From: Stegostoma tigrinum
Lineage: Eukaryota
Assembly (NCBI RefSeq): GCF_030684315.1
Contig: NC_081365.1
Span: 35,491,394 to 35,555,393, forward strand
Direction: 5' to 3'
Length of the DNA: 64,000 nt
The notes beneath the pieces were generated by a model. The model made no database searches. It was not told where the DNA came from and was given only the letters and a program-made list of their open reading frames with translations. Positions 11,880 through 25,135 of this stretch are shown piece after piece; position 1 is the first letter of the stretch, and every line of letters starts with the position of its first letter. The position numbers were made by a program, and so were the translations under genes.

Positions 11880-13775
11880 TCATACCCCTACCCAGATGAA
11901 GCTTTGGAAAAATATCAGGACAGTAGGACCAATCTGAAATGAGGAATTCAGAGGGCTAAAAGGGGCCATGAAATATCTTTAGCAAACAGGGTTAAGGAAA
12001 ATCCCAAAGCCTTTTACTCATACATAGGGAGCAAGAGGGTAACTAGAGAAAGGGTTGGTTCACTCAAGGACAAAGGAGGGGAGTTATGCGTGGAGTCAGA
12101 GAAAATGAGTGAGATTCTTAATGAGTACTTTGCATCAGTATTCACTGAGGAGAGGGACATGACGGATGTTGAGGTTAGGGATAGATGTTTTATTACTCTA
12201 GGTCAAGACAGCATAAGGAGGGGTAAGTGTTGGGTATCCTAAAAGGCATTAGAGTGGACAAGTCTCCAGGTCTGGATGGGATCTATCCCAGGTTTCTGAG
12301 GGAAGCGAGAAAGGAAATAGCCGGGGCCTTAACAGATATCTTTGCAGCATCCTTGAACACGGTGAGGTCCCAGAGAATTGGAGAATTGCTAATGTCTCCT
12401 TGTTTAGCCAGGATAATCCAGGTAATTATAGACCGGTGAGCCTGACGTCAGTGGTGGGGAAGCCGTTGGAGAAGATACTGAGGGATAGGATCTATTTACA
12501 TTTGGAAGAAAATGGGCTTATTCGTGATAGACAACGTGATTTTTGGGAAGGTCATGTCTTACCAACTTGACAGAATTCTTTGCGGAAGTGACAAAGTTGA
12601 TAGATAAGGGAAGGGTTGTGAATGTCATATACACGGACTTCAGTAAGGCATTTGATAAGGTTCCTCGTGGCAGGCTGAAGGAGAAAGTGAAGACACGTGG
12701 GGTCCAGGGTGTGCTAGCTAGATGTGTCGAGAACTGGCTGGGCAACAGGAGACAGAGTTGTAGTGGGAGGGAGTTTCTCAAAATGGAGAACTGTGACCAG
12801 TGGTGTTCCACAGGGATCTGTGTTGGGACCACTGTAGTTTGTGATATACATAAATGATCTGGAGGAAGGTACAGATGGTCTGATTAGCAAGTTTGCAGAT
12901 GACACCAAGATCGGTGGAGCAGCAGATAGTAAAGAGGGCTGTTGGAGAATGCAGCAGAATATAGATGAGAGAATTGGGTGGAGAAATGGCAGATGGAGTT
13001 CAATCCAAGTAAATGCGAGGTGATGTATTTTGGAAGATCCAATTCAAGAGCGAACTATATGGTAAATGGAAAAGCCCTGGGGGAATATTCATGCACAGAG
13101 AGATCTGGGTGTTCAGGTCCATTGTACCCTGAGGGTGGCAATGCAGGTGGATAGAATGATCAAGAAGGCATACGGCATGCTTTCATTCATCGAACAGGGT
13201 ATTAAGTACAAGAGTTGGAAGGTCACGTTACAGTTGTATACGACTTTGGTTCAACCACATTTGGAATACTGTGTACAGTTCTGGTCGCCACATTACCAAA
13301 GAATGTTGATGCTTTGGAGAGGGTGCAGAGGAGGTTCACCAGGATGTTGCCTGGTGTGGAGGGCGCTAGCTATGAAGACCGGTTGAGTAGATTAAGATTA
13401 TTTATGTTAGAAAGATGGAGGTTGAGGGGGGGACCTGATTGAGGTCTGCAAAATCATGAGAGGTATAGACAGGGTGGATAGCAAAAAGCTTTTTCCAAGA
13501 GTGGGGGACGCAATGACTAGGGGTCATGATTTCAAGTGAGAGGGATAAGTTTACGGGAGATATGCGTGGAAAGTTCTTTATGCAGAGGGTGGTAGGTGCC
13601 TGAAACGTGTTGCCAGTAGAGGTGGTAGAGGCAGCACGACAGCGACATTTAAGAATAGGCAGGGAGCAGATGGATACAGATCCTTGGAGAATAGGCAACA
13701 GCTTAGATAGAGGACCTGGATCATTGCAGGCTTGGAGGGCTGAAGGGCCTGTTCCTGTGCTGTAATTTTCTTTGT
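11880..13775 (+). mobile_element. CR1/HER1 LINE, 5'-truncated, frameshifted RT
   Basis: ORF fragments KSPGLDGIYPR, GRSCLTNLTEFF, DFSKAFDKVP, KFADDTK, PHLEYCVQFWSP, followed by the CR1 3' tail GGGCCTGTTCCTGTGCTGT. Confidence 0.93.
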
Positions 13776-13779
13776 TCTT

Positions 13780-13935
13780 TGTTTTCACCCATCTAACCTG
13801 AACACTCAGAGGAAACACATGCAAACATGGGGACAATATGTAAACTTCACACAGATAGTTGTCTGAGGGTGGAATTGAACCCAATTCCCTGGCAATGTCA
13901 GGCAATAGTGCTAACCACTGAGCCATCTGGCCACC
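13780..13935 (-). mobile_element. V-SINE (HE1-like) fragment
   Basis: Minus strand carries the tRNA head TGGCTCAGTGGTTAGCAC..GGGTTCAATTCC and a partial V core. Confidence 0.75.
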
Positions 13936-14470
13936 TAAGGGCACAGGGAAATCAAAAGCAAAAGATGTCCAGGAAAAGGCATTAGATGTAATTTGTTCTG
14001 AAATAATATTTATTAACTTTAATATTACTTTGAATATTATCTTATGGCACAAAGTACAAACTCCTTATGTGGCATCCTCTTACAGTTCTGTGAGGTAGGT
14101 TGACTGATATTTAAATATCTTTCTAGTCAGGTGAAAGTTATTTTATGGCTGTTTATTTGAATGTGATGTAAGACTGAATCATCAGGTATCAGCATTTTGC
14201 ACTAAATCATTGAGCTTCAGTTAATAAAATTCTTACCAACTGTTAAACAACATATACTACACTATCTATAGTGTTTTGGAAATATTCAATATTCTGGTAA
14301 TATTCAGTACAATATTCATGCGAATTAATGAATGTATTCCACCAAGTGGTGGTGTATTTTTTCCCAAAAATTCACCAAACTCCTTTAGTTCGCTCACTTT
14401 ATGAATTATGAAATACTAATTAGAATTCACAATTTCTGGTGAGAATTCCCAAATGGAACAGCAGCCGTAC

Positions 14471-14636
14471 CTGAAGGTTTTCACACATCTCTTGGCTGTA
14501 AGTAATTCGCTGGATTTCAGTGGGGGAACTTAGATACAGAGCTTGTCCACCATTTGTAAAACAGAAAGTTCGTGCTATTCTCATATCAGTTAAAGGCAAG
14601 TAGTTTACATCCAACAATGGACGAAGACTTGGCAAG
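14471..14636 (-). CDS. STXBP5L: STXBP5L coding exon
   Basis: catag|C..CAG|gtacgg, 166 nt, phase 2 to 0. (S)LPSLRPLLDVNYLPLTDMRIARTFCFTNGGQALYLSSPTEIQRITYSQEMCENLQ. Confidence 0.97.
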
Positions 14637-14725
14637 CTATGGTTTAAACATAAAAATGCTGAGCATATTTCCCGTAGCTTAGAACACCTCTATTTTATAA
14701 GCACCAACAAACATTAAAGAATTAG

Positions 14726-14829
14726 GAACATAAATAGAAGTTGCTGGAAATGCTCAGCAGGTCTGGCAGCATCTGTGAAGAAAAAAAATCAGAGTTAACA
14801 TTTCAGGTCTGGTCACCTTTCCTCAGAAC
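14726..14829 (-). mobile_element. Mini-PLE (second family) beginning at a hammerhead core
   Basis: Minus strand AGTT-CTGAGGA-AAGGTGACCAGACCT-GAAATGTT, then CACAGATGCTGCCAGACCTGCTGAG. 11-bp TSD taaagaattag at 14715-14725 and 14830-14840. Confidence 0.75.
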
Positions 14830-15757
14830 TAAAGAATTAGTTTGTTTTTAGTTTGGTCCAATGACCTCAATATAATTTAAGGTAAACTAAAGATAATCTC
14901 ACAGATGCTTCATTCATAATATTTTCAGTGAAATTTTATAATGGCCACTCACCAACTACATTTATTTTGCTGCTCATAAATGGAGAGGAGGAAAACATGG
15001 AAACCAATGGTAGTATGAAAGGAGGGGAAAAGTATGCAATAAGGAAGATAAAGCACTTAGAAAGAAATGGCAGTAGAAATGTTTCATAACAGGAGAAGCT
15101 AGTGATGAAAGAATTAAATGAATACCATTTACACATGAGGTTTCAGTGAATAATGTATTAAAAGACTAAATCAAAGGCAAAGTAATTTTCATATAAATAT
15201 TGTACAACTTGTCAGATTTAATGAGGATTTGTAACTGAGAAAAATAATAATTCATGATAAATAATGACATTAAATTGTTGGTAGCATAATGATTTAAAAA
15301 TTATCTTGTGATGTTTGATTGTAGCTCCAATTTGCGGCAGCTTGGAGTAGTGGTCCACTGGGTCATGTGAGTTCCTCATACTGTTGAATTCATGATGTAA
15401 ATTATGCTGCGGGGACAAGTTAAACAGAGATCAGGAGTTGCCAGAACCAGAGGTAGGCAAAGATTGTGTAAAAGATTTAAGGAAGGAATTGAAAGAGTAT
15501 GAACGGCAAAATCACTATTGCCATTAGAGAGAGAACTGAGAAAAAAAAAGATGTCTTGACCCATTGTCCCTGATTTCCTACACATCTGATTTGTAATGTC
15601 AGGAGATTTAAACGGAATGAGAAAAATGGGAACAATTACCTGAAAATATAGAATACAGGCGTATATCTTACATTTAACTTTTTACAATATCAAGTGGAAG
15701 AAATTAGAAAATTACAGCAGCGAATCAAGTGCACTACTTACAATACATGGAAGTTAC

Positions 15758-16118
15758 CTTAGGGTCATAATGTGTCCATTAGCACAGAAGCAGGCCAGGC
15801 AGATGCTGTTGCACATAGTTACAACATCAGCTCGTAATACAAAAGAAGTCTCTGTAATATTGTGTATGTAAAGACAGCTTTGAGAAGGGAGAGAATAGAC
15901 TTTAGCCTGTTTCTCTGAGCAGAGCACTACATACTGGTGATCCCCTATGTCCTGAGAGGAAGATGGTGAAAATATTACGAGTTTTCTTTTCCGTCCTTTA
16001 TCATCTTTATCTTCATTGTTTGGATCTTTCCACACTTCATATGGAGGGTGTATTAAACCACCCAGAGAGTCCAAGAATGAAAATGTTAGCAGGGCTCCTT
16101 TCAACATTAACACTGTTC
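15758..16118 (-). CDS. STXBP5L: STXBP5L coding exon
   Basis: tttcag|GA..AG|gtaact, 361 nt, phase 1 to 2. (G)TVLMLKGALLTFSFLD..QDIGDHQYVVLCSEKQAKVYSLPSQ..CLACFCANGHIMTL. Confidence 0.97.
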
Positions 16119-16761
16119 CTGAAAAAGAAATAAAATAAACCTATATGTATTACTTAGGAGCACAATTATCTCTAGTGTTTCGACAATATGAACATATTAA
16201 CTTTCAAATCCAATAACACTTTGATAAGCTAATTTCAAACAAATGTTCTATTGTTACATGTATATCAAATGGAATATGGACAATGCTGTAGATTGTCTAA
16301 ATTTTAACTGTGCTTGTGTAAAAGACTCAGGTTTATCCTTCACAAAGATGTTGCCAAATTCAGTTCCTCACATACGTACATACATACATATATTCCTGAT
16401 CAAAAGCTATTTGCAGTTACAGACTTTTTTCTTTTCTTGAAAACTGTGTGTATGTAACTGAGTGATAAATATACACTGAAATAATAAATATGGTTCTTCA
16501 GTAAATCTTGCACTGCAGTAAGCTTCTGAGACACTTTTTCTGCATGGACTATTCTTTACAGATTGGCACAATTCCACCAAGAGACTGCTTTCTCTATTTT
16601 AATATTTAAGGGCTTGGATAAGAAATCACTCAGTCTACTATGACAATTTTAACAATACTACATGCAAGTTATTTTTTGTTGTTGTGTAGTAGGATATTGT
16701 CAAACTTGCCCAAAATGCATTTTACCATAATGAGACATTGGCAGTACAAAGAAAATCTTAC

Positions 16762-16998
16762 CACTGGGAGAGACCATAAGTGGTTCTGAATATCTTTGTT
16801 CCTCTGGAGGTAGGTTCAAGTTGATGACTAACACTGTACCCAAACTGGTACCAACCCAAAGGCTCGGTGAGAGGGTAGAATCCATCTTTCGGCTGTAGGA
16901 CTCCATAAAGTACAGAGCAGTTATAGCCTCCTTTGATTCTTTGTCAATGCTAGAGACACTGGAACTTCGGGACCGGTTAAAAGAATTTTCTTTACTTT
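16762..16998 (-). CDS. STXBP5L: STXBP5L coding exon
   Basis: ttgcag|AA..AGTG|gtaaga, 237 nt, phase 1 to 1. (E)SKENSFNRSRSSSVSSIDKESKEAITALYFMES..SPSLWVGTSLG..EPLMVSPS. Confidence 0.97.
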
Positions 16999-18974
16999 CT
17001 GCAATAAAATCAATGAACAATAAAATCACTTGAGATAAAGGAATAATTGAAAAGGTGGCTTACACGGTACTTCTACATATTAATATTAATAACTAATGTA
17101 AGGTTTGATGAGCATAAACCTCCAGAATGTGTAATGCATCGTAACTCAGATTCCTGAATTGTTTGTTAGTTACATTCATTGCCATTAGACAATAAGAACA
17201 TAAGAAATGAGCAGGAGTCGGTCCCCTCTAGCCTGATCCACCATTCAATAAGATAATAGATGATCTGGGTGTAGGATATACTTCTCAGACACATTTGGAT
17301 TTCGACACATTTGGATTTCAACACACTCACAAGCAAATTTTCAATGAGCTGTGCAGCCTAAATTATTTTATCAATGTTCAGCTGACCACTAAGTAGAGAC
17401 TCCATAAATACCCATGAAGTGTTCAGAATTTGCTTTATCCTGCCATGTGTGCACCAGAACTAATTGTGATAGCATTATGAAGAAATCAATGACGTACACT
17501 CTCTTTTCACCTTCCAACTAAAACTGCTACATGGGGATACAACACGAGCAAAAGTAAGGGAAAGTAGATAGAAAAATAAATTTAATGCCCACAAGACTCA
17601 TTTTGTGGTTTTTGGTTTAAAAAGACTATCTAATGGGTTTCTTGTTAAAACGCAATGCTTGAAAAAGAATCCTAAAATGTCCTTTTGTCTTGTTATAGTA
17701 GCATTGTGTCTTGGCTTTCAAATTAACACAGTGAATTAATCAAACAATGGTTGAAAACATCATTAATGCAACACTGCATTGTGAATTAAGGCTGACAGAA
17801 TTAAAAATGTTAAGTAGTTTGAATTTAGGCATTATTTATCTGTTCACAGAGACCCGAGTTTGCTCTCAATTGAGCATTTTCATTTAGAGTCTGGTTTGCC
17901 ATCAAGAAAATCCCAACTTTGCATTAAGGTTCAGCGGCTACTTTCAGTCAAAGACTCCTATTATATTGGGGAACTCCAAGGCATTCCTGTCCCCACACTG
18001 CTTTTCCATGCTTCTACGGGACAAAGCAATGGCCCGTTGCTCACGTAACAAATTATGGGGCAATACTTCATATCCTGTTATCTGGCAAACAGTGACTTAA
18101 ACATAAATTTTCAAAAGAATTAAAATTTGAAGCTGAGAAGATACTGAGGGGAAAAATAGCCCTAGTTATCTGGAGAAGGAATAAGCTAATGTTTTGCAGC
18201 ATCTGAACTGATACAAGTCTCAGCACTTCTCTGGTTTAGAGTCTAGATGGGTTAGAAAGTTTTGGGATGTTTCAATCTCTGACAATCTTATTGATTTCTC
18301 TTACCATAATGGTGACATTAGTGGCAATCATTGGTGTGGAGGCATAAATGCTATAATAACTTAAAGGACCATATCCAGTTTAAACATCAGCATTAAAGGG
18401 TTCTGCCTAAGCTACACTGTTCTGCTGTTACAAAGAGCAAAATGCTGGTTTTGTCACTCATATTCATTGAATGCTATAAAGTTGTTATATTTGCAGGTAC
18501 AAACTAAATTTACTCCAGAAAGTGAAACCTTATTACAGGTATAAGGACATAATAATTAAATTACTGCTAATCAATCTCTCTGGCACAGTAAAACATATGT
18601 GGATCTCATTTAAGTATTAATTGGAAATTGGAAAAATTACATTTTACTATGATAAAGGCACTATATAAATGCAAGTTATTATTAGGGAGATGCAGTTAAT
18701 TTCTGTCAGTTCAGTTTCAGATTCCTTTTTGCTTCCACTATGACATTATCGGAATCTGAACCCAGGAAAATGCAGTGCAAAAATATTAAAAGCTTAAATA
18801 TTCGTGAACAAGTCTAATTACTAGCATATGCCATTAGAAGCTCTGCTACAACAACAGCTGGAACTTCTACAATGTGTTTGGAAAATGCTGTGGTTAAATG
18901 ATTATATTGTGCATTTAACTTTTAATTCCAGGATAACAGGCCTATTAACAAATCTTGGATATGGCTGAAAAAAG

Positions 18975-19240
18975 ACCCTTGTAAAAGTTTTTTGTCTTGC
19001 ATTCATCAGGACAACCCTTGAGATTTAAAGTAAAAGAAAACAAAATTTTATATTGTATGAGAAAAGTGTGCTGATCAGTGACAAGTGGATTCTGATTTGT
19101 AGAGGTATTGTCTTGGAGAAAGCATTAGTAAACAAGGACTGCCAGTTAACTGTCGAGCTTGTTTTAAATTTTAAACCAGGAAAATTGATTCTAATTGGTC
19201 AAGACATTGCCCTGAGAAATGGACTAGAATGGCTGTCATC
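18975..19240 (-). mobile_element. Probable third PLE-terminus family with decayed hammerhead and promoter-like boxes
   Basis: Minus strand TTGTC-CTGATGA-ATGCAAGAC-AAAA-AACTTTT-ACAAG, preceded by TATA-like and CCAAT-like words. A related diverged copy lies on + at about 22150-22400. Confidence 0.5.
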
Positions 19241-19749
19241 TATTGAATTGAAACAGGTGCAGTGTGTTTAAGTTAACTCTGTTGCCAAAGAATTGCAGGG
19301 GTTGTCTGGGACAGCGGTAGTGACCCCTCCCTTCAAAACACGAGATCAGAAAACATCTGCAAAAAATAGGGTCATGTGGAGTAATATACATAGCTTCCAG
19401 TATTGCAAGTATGTCCTGAGCTTTGCCAGTGTTGGCTGCATGAGTACAGTCAGTACCTTACTTATAAGCAACTGAAGGTATCTGTTCTTTAATATAATTT
19501 GCCAATTTTTGGGACATATGACCCAGGACCTGTATATCTAGCATCATATCAGCACTGAAATTCATATACCATGATATCTATTTCTGTGATAGGTAAAATA
19601 TCTCTTTGGTTTGAATGAGATATTCTGTTTGTGGTGAATATCACTCATGTTGCCATTGTATAGCAACAGTGAGAAACAGTTAGTTTCATCTGTTGCTCAA
19701 ATTTTTGGGATACTTTTAACTTTCCAGGATAACATCTTTTGTCCCTACT

Positions 19750-20185
19750 TCCAAAATGGCGACAGAGTCGGAAGGAGGCAATAGCTGGTGGTCTGGAGTA
19801 GGGTCTTTGGCTGTCACCCAGTGTGCCTGGGCAGAACTCTGGCAGTTGACAGTGGATTCTTCGAGGTCTGGATTGTGGAAGCAGCTGGGGGCTCGGAACT
19901 GTACCAGGACAAGACTCTAGCAGTCTGCAGCCAGGCAGCTGGTGAGCCTGGATGGCAGTTGTCAGCAAGGGAGGGGGAAAGAGATTGATCCCTTGTTGGG
20001 AAAGCCCACTGTTGACCATGGCTAAAGAAGCACCATAATTTTGAAACTTCTAACTTTATTTATTTATTTTTCTACTTTGTACCTAAGATGGCACTGCAAA
20101 TGGCAACATTACAAATCTTTCACTGTACTCCTGTATCCTTGTACTCCAATACACATGACAAAGAAATAAGCTAATTCTAATCTCA
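19750..20185 (+). mobile_element. SINE-like repeat with LINE-type tail (unclassified)
   Basis: GC-richer body starting CCAAAATGGCG. The 3' end TTTTCACTGTACTC..CACATGACAA..AATAA..ATTCTAATCT resembles L2/Rex1-type tails. Confidence 0.4.
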
Positions 20186-20539
20186 TGTATATACTGGGCA
20201 CTTTATCACCAAAAGCGATGACCTTAGAAACGTTTGTGAATTTGCTCAATATACAAAAATAAATGATCAAATCATGGTAGCCCCATTATCCTAAAGGATG
20301 GTTTTAACATTTAGCTTGCACTGTGAACAATGGCTTAACCTGTATTTATGAAGTCACCAGTCTTCTAGTTCGTAGAACTATAGGGATTCCAATGTGTATT
20401 TTGGCCAGTGAATGTTGTTTTGCAGGAGACAGCAGTAGCAAACCACCTGGCCAATTTCTCAATTACACTAGGAGAGGAAGCACATTTGATTGCACCATTT
20501 CAAAGGTAAATTCGAGTGCAGAATGGGGCTCATTAAGAC

Positions 20540-20878
20540 ATAGAATCATTAAATCCCTAGAGTGTGCAAGCAGGCTATTTGGCCCATTAAGTTCACACTG
20601 ACTGTCTGAACAGCATCCCATCCTAACTCTGTAACCTGTATTTTGCAAGGTTAATCTGCCTAGCCTGCACATCCCTGGAACTATGGGCAATTTAGCATGG
20701 CCAATTCACTTAACCTGCATATCTTTGAACTGTGAGAGAAACTGCAGCACCTGGAAGAATACCACACAGTCACGGGGAGAATGTGCAAACTCCACGTAGA
20801 TAGTTGCCCGAGGGTGGAATCAAACCTAGGTCCCTGGGTCTGTGAGGCAGCATGCTAACCATTGAGCCATCATGCCAC
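20540..20878 (-). mobile_element. V-SINE (HE1-like)
   Basis: Reverse-complement homolog of 1236-1541, with tRNA head at about 20810-20878, V core and tail. Confidence 0.85.
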
Positions 20879-22606
20879 ATGCAGGGAAATTCTTGCATGT
20901 AGTTGCAGATTCAAATATAGTAAATGTATCATTTATATACTTTAAATATGGAAGGGGTAGAAGATCAGGTGTCATTCCATTGAATACACATGATGAAAAT
21001 ACATAAATGTTTTGGGATTATGCAGTTAGGTTGGGGAAAAAAGGAAGATATTAAATTTCAAACACTTTCTGCACTAAAATTGATCTATTGCTATTAATTG
21101 CTGGGAACTGTTCTTTGGAAGAGACTATAGGGCCTCTTTTCTGATGGTTACCTAACAACCCCCACTGGATTTAACACCTGCTTCAAACATTGTGGAGAAT
21201 TGGGAAAAAAAATGAGAAGTAGCAACAGGAAACAGTAAGGCTGCCAGAATTGCATGCATTTCCCCCTGTTTGAAGTTATTGGGTACCTGATAAAGTTTAC
21301 TCATCACAGTATTTTGTCTACCTAGTAGACTCTTAGAAGCTGATCTGTGGCCACTTTATTACGACTTGGAAACAGCTTCATTTCCAACCAAACTGAAGCT
21401 TTCTTGGAAAATTTCCCATTGGTACATGACTGATAGTACTTAGATTTTGTCAAAAAGAAGCTTGGTGGACTGTAAGAATTCATCAACCCTTTTCTTCTCT
21501 GAAGAGAGCATCCCAACCTGAAACGTCAATTTTCCTGCTCCTCTGATGGTGCCTGGTCTGCTGTGTTCCTCCCAGTTCTATAAATATGTTATCAACCTAT
21601 TATCTTTAGTTCACAGATACTGATTAGTGAGGGTCTCTTTACTTTTGTTCTCTTTTTAAAATATCGTCTGTTCAGAGCTGTTGTTGTCCTGTTTGTTTGT
21701 TTTGGATTAAAAGGGGATATAGTTTTAATTTTGGACTAAGATAATGAACCAGTTTTTCTATTTGTTTAAGAATACGTTTAGTGTTAAAATAAACTGATTA
21801 TTTTGAATTTACTTAAGTTTCTTATTCTGAAAAGCAGTTTCAAAGGGAAACAATTGACCATTTTGGTGATAGAATTTACACATTTAGGCTGATAGGCTTA
21901 ATTATCAACCAATTCCTCCCATCATGTTTCTAATGGGACCCAACAAAGAGATTTGCAAGAGTTGGGCTGAGCGGGGATCCCATGGTAACTCCATCCATTG
22001 GGGCATACACAGTCTTTAAACTGAACTCAACTGTGTGAGTTGTTGAGTTCATAAGTTTAATGAATACTAATTCATACAATAGGTAATGTCTCTAGATCAT
22101 CACTAAAAGAACATACACGCATATTCTATATCCATGCAACAAAATGTGACAGCTGTTCTCTGGTTCATTTTTCTTAGGGTTATTCTTTGACTAATCAGAG
22201 TCAGCTTGCTTCATATAAATTTAAACAAAGCTTGACAGTTGATCGTCAATGTCATTAACTTGTGCATCCTCAAAAGGCAATGCTTCTGTCAGTCAATTTG
22301 CCAACCAATCAGCATTCTCATATAATGTAAACACTACCTTCCCTTTTACTTTGGTAGTTTTTATGAATTGCCCTTATTGAGAAATGTCATTTTTCAGCAT
22401 CACTGGAATTCTGTACTATCAAACAACTGCATTTTTGGATATTGTGTGGTGTGATTTATTAGTTCTAATGCACTGGATTGCACCATCAATATGTTATCAA
22501 AATTTCCAAATTTCAAAGTTCCAATCTGAAAAATTTAATGTTTATCCCTTAAGTTCATTAATCACAGGTCAATCATTCATCACTTACTGATGAAACTTAG
22601 TCTTAC

Positions 22607-22705
22607 CTTTTTCGCTCCATGAAAATGAGGAAGCATGATGCTCATCGTGAGAGAAAATACTGATGCCATGCAATTGCTGAAGCATTGCCCGTCTGGAAGT
22701 GTGGC
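22607..22705 (-). CDS. STXBP5L: Candidate STXBP5L cassette exon (99 nt, or 102 nt using the upstream NAGNAG acceptor)
   Basis: gggacag/tag|GC..AAAG|gtaaga, phase 1 to 1, matching both flanking exons. Open frame GHTSRRAMLQQLHGISIFSHDEHHASSFSWSEK. Five UGCAUG motifs lie in or upstream of it. Confidence 0.65.
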
Positions 22706-24597
22706 CTACTGTCCCAAAAGGCATGCAAAAGGGACATTCATTATACAGCAATCAGTCAAAGCAAACTGCCTACAAATAAATTTGCTGGCATGCAAATTCC
22801 ATCACAATCAAGAAATACACTCAGGCATTGGATGGAAATGTAAACTGTTTTAAGCTTGACTGATGAAAATGTGACATTGGTGCTTCCAGAGCATGCAGAA
22901 CAAATTGTCTTGCAGCAACCCCTGTCACATTTTAATAATCAGACTAACTTAGCCTGATCTCTGCTTACCATTGCTTAGAATAATGTGCAGACATGCACAA
23001 TTAATATGTTTACTTTAGAAGCAAGTAACTGATATCATCAGTATGGATACTAATGCTGAGTAAGTAACTTCATTTTTCTTAAGAGTGCAATTTTGGCTCT
23101 TTTTTATTAACTTTGACAAACATAATTGCACGTAATATCTTAATGTAGTAGTTTCAATGATTTTTCATAGTAAAGATTTTATTTGGATATTTTAATTTGA
23201 GTAAATTTTAATAAGTTCCATCTTGTTTTTGGCAACAATGTGATGAGGTAGCTTTATCGTTATGTTACTAGTCTAGAAGTTCAGAGGGCTCAAGTGCTAT
23301 AAAGGCATGCATTAAAATACCACCACAGCAGTTTTGAAAATTAAATTCAATGAATGGAAATAAATTTGGAATGCAAAGCTAGCATCAATAATGCTGTCTA
23401 TGGAATTACTAGTCCTTCAGAGGAAGAAAATCTATGCTCCTTATCTAGTCTCTTACATGTGACGCCTGACGTACAGCCATATAGTTGACTCTTAAATTTT
23501 CCTCTGAAATGAAACAAAGGACCATAGGAAACAAGAGCAGGTTGAGACTGTTTCACCCAACGTGCCTACTGTGCCGTTTTATGATGGCTGAGTCATCTAC
23601 CATTAAGCCAATTTCTTCCATTCCCATAATCGTCAGTGTTTAGTGTCCACAAACCTGTTGATTTCTTTTATAAAGATATTCAATGATACAGTTTCTATTG
23701 GCCCTATCCTCTAAGTGAAAACATTCCTTCACTTTGCACCCTCTTCACTGCTTCTCTATCCATTTTGATATGGAGAGAAGAACTTAGGACAGTATACCAA
23801 CTGTGCTTTAGCTAAGATTCAATGCAAGATTAAATAAACCTGTTCCAGTTAGGCGGGGAGAGGTTTTGGTGTTTGCAGGGCATAAAGTATTGGGAAAGGA
23901 CACCTGAATTAGCATCTTGACCTCTTCAAGCCCTCATCTGGCTAGCCCCATAATGGACTCAGGTTCCAGTAGGGAGTCCCTTTTGGTCTGGTGGGAAACC
24001 AATCCAGGTGATTTGGGGCAATTAAAAGTTTTTAAAAGAATTTAAAACAATTAAATCTGAACCATTCTTTCTCAACATGTTATCCATACCTTATATCATG
24101 TTGTGACCTCAAGAAGGACAGTGAAGGGGGCAGATGTACAGAAGAACTTCATCGGTGGAGCTGAAAAGGCTTCAACTGCAAAGCGTTCATCAGTTACACC
24201 AAAAGTCTTCAGTCATGCACTGAGAGATTGTTGTACAGACCGTGTTTCTTTTTTCTGTTTTTGTAAGTGCTTTTACTACTTCATAAGTGATTGCCAACCT
24301 CTTGGTAGGTAGTTTAACTGGTGAGCACGTTTATTCAGGAGCACTTTCCTGCTGCCAGTGTTTGCCTTGCCTGGAAACAGTTTATGCAGCTCTAACTTCC
24401 TCTTTGACTGAGGGCCAAAAACAGAAGCCACTCCATCATTAACAGCTACAGCAGCTGGATCAGCAGCAGTCTCAGCCGCCTTTTCAATTGCATGCCCGTC
24501 CATAGTCTAGAAAGAATGGTCATTGAGATCCAGCTGGAAGGAGATAAGATTCACAACGCTGGCAAAGGAGCAGCTCTCTGTTTGTCTGAGCCCATTG

Positions 24598-25135
24598 TTC
24601 CAAGTCAGGGAGGTATGTGACTTGGAAGGAAATTTGCAGGTGATGGCAATTCCATGCACCTGCTGATTTTGTCCCATCTGGTAGAGTTTGTAGGTTTGGA
24701 AGGCGTTGTTGAAGGAACCTTGGAGAGTTATTACAGTGCATCCTTTGTATGGTACATTCTGCTACCAATGTTGCTTTTTGGAGGAGGGAGTGAATATTTG
24801 CAGAGGTGGGTGAGATGCCAATCCAATGGACTGCTTTGTTCTGAATGTTGTTGACTTGCTTGTGTGTTGGAGCTGCTCTCATCCAGGTAAGAGGTATATT
24901 CCATTATAGTCCTGACTTGTACCTTTGTAGATGGTGGTCAGGCAGTGGGGAGTCAGGAGATGGGTAACTCCCTGCAGAATTTCTAGGCTTCTGTAGCCAC
25001 AATGTTTATGTGGCTGATAGTGGTCAGTTTCTTGTCAATGGTAACCCTTTAAAATGTTGATAATGGAGGATTCAGTGATGGAAGTGTCATTGAACTTTGA
25101 GGGGAGAGGTGGCCAGATTTTCACTTGTTGGAAAA
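24598..25135 (-). mobile_element. Decayed CR1-like LINE 3' region
   Basis: Minus translation RAAPTHKQVNNIQNKAVHWIG..NIHSL..VAECTIQRMHCNNSPRFLQQRLPN resembles a CR1-type ORF2 C-terminus. Related copies at about 56810-57080 (+) and 63060-63660 (-). Confidence 0.6.

Noticed and set aside
17288-17319. 16-bp tandem duplication gacacatttggatttc x2 (also a 24-bp imperfect duplication at about 25195-25242)
   Set aside because: Two-copy local slippage duplications with no spacers; not CRISPR-like or otherwise informative.
24276-24510. 75-aa minus-strand ORF with an upstream acceptor-like ttctttctag
   Set aside because: It gives an early stop in the phase required by STXBP5L, has no clear donor and no recognisable homology. 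Left unassigned.
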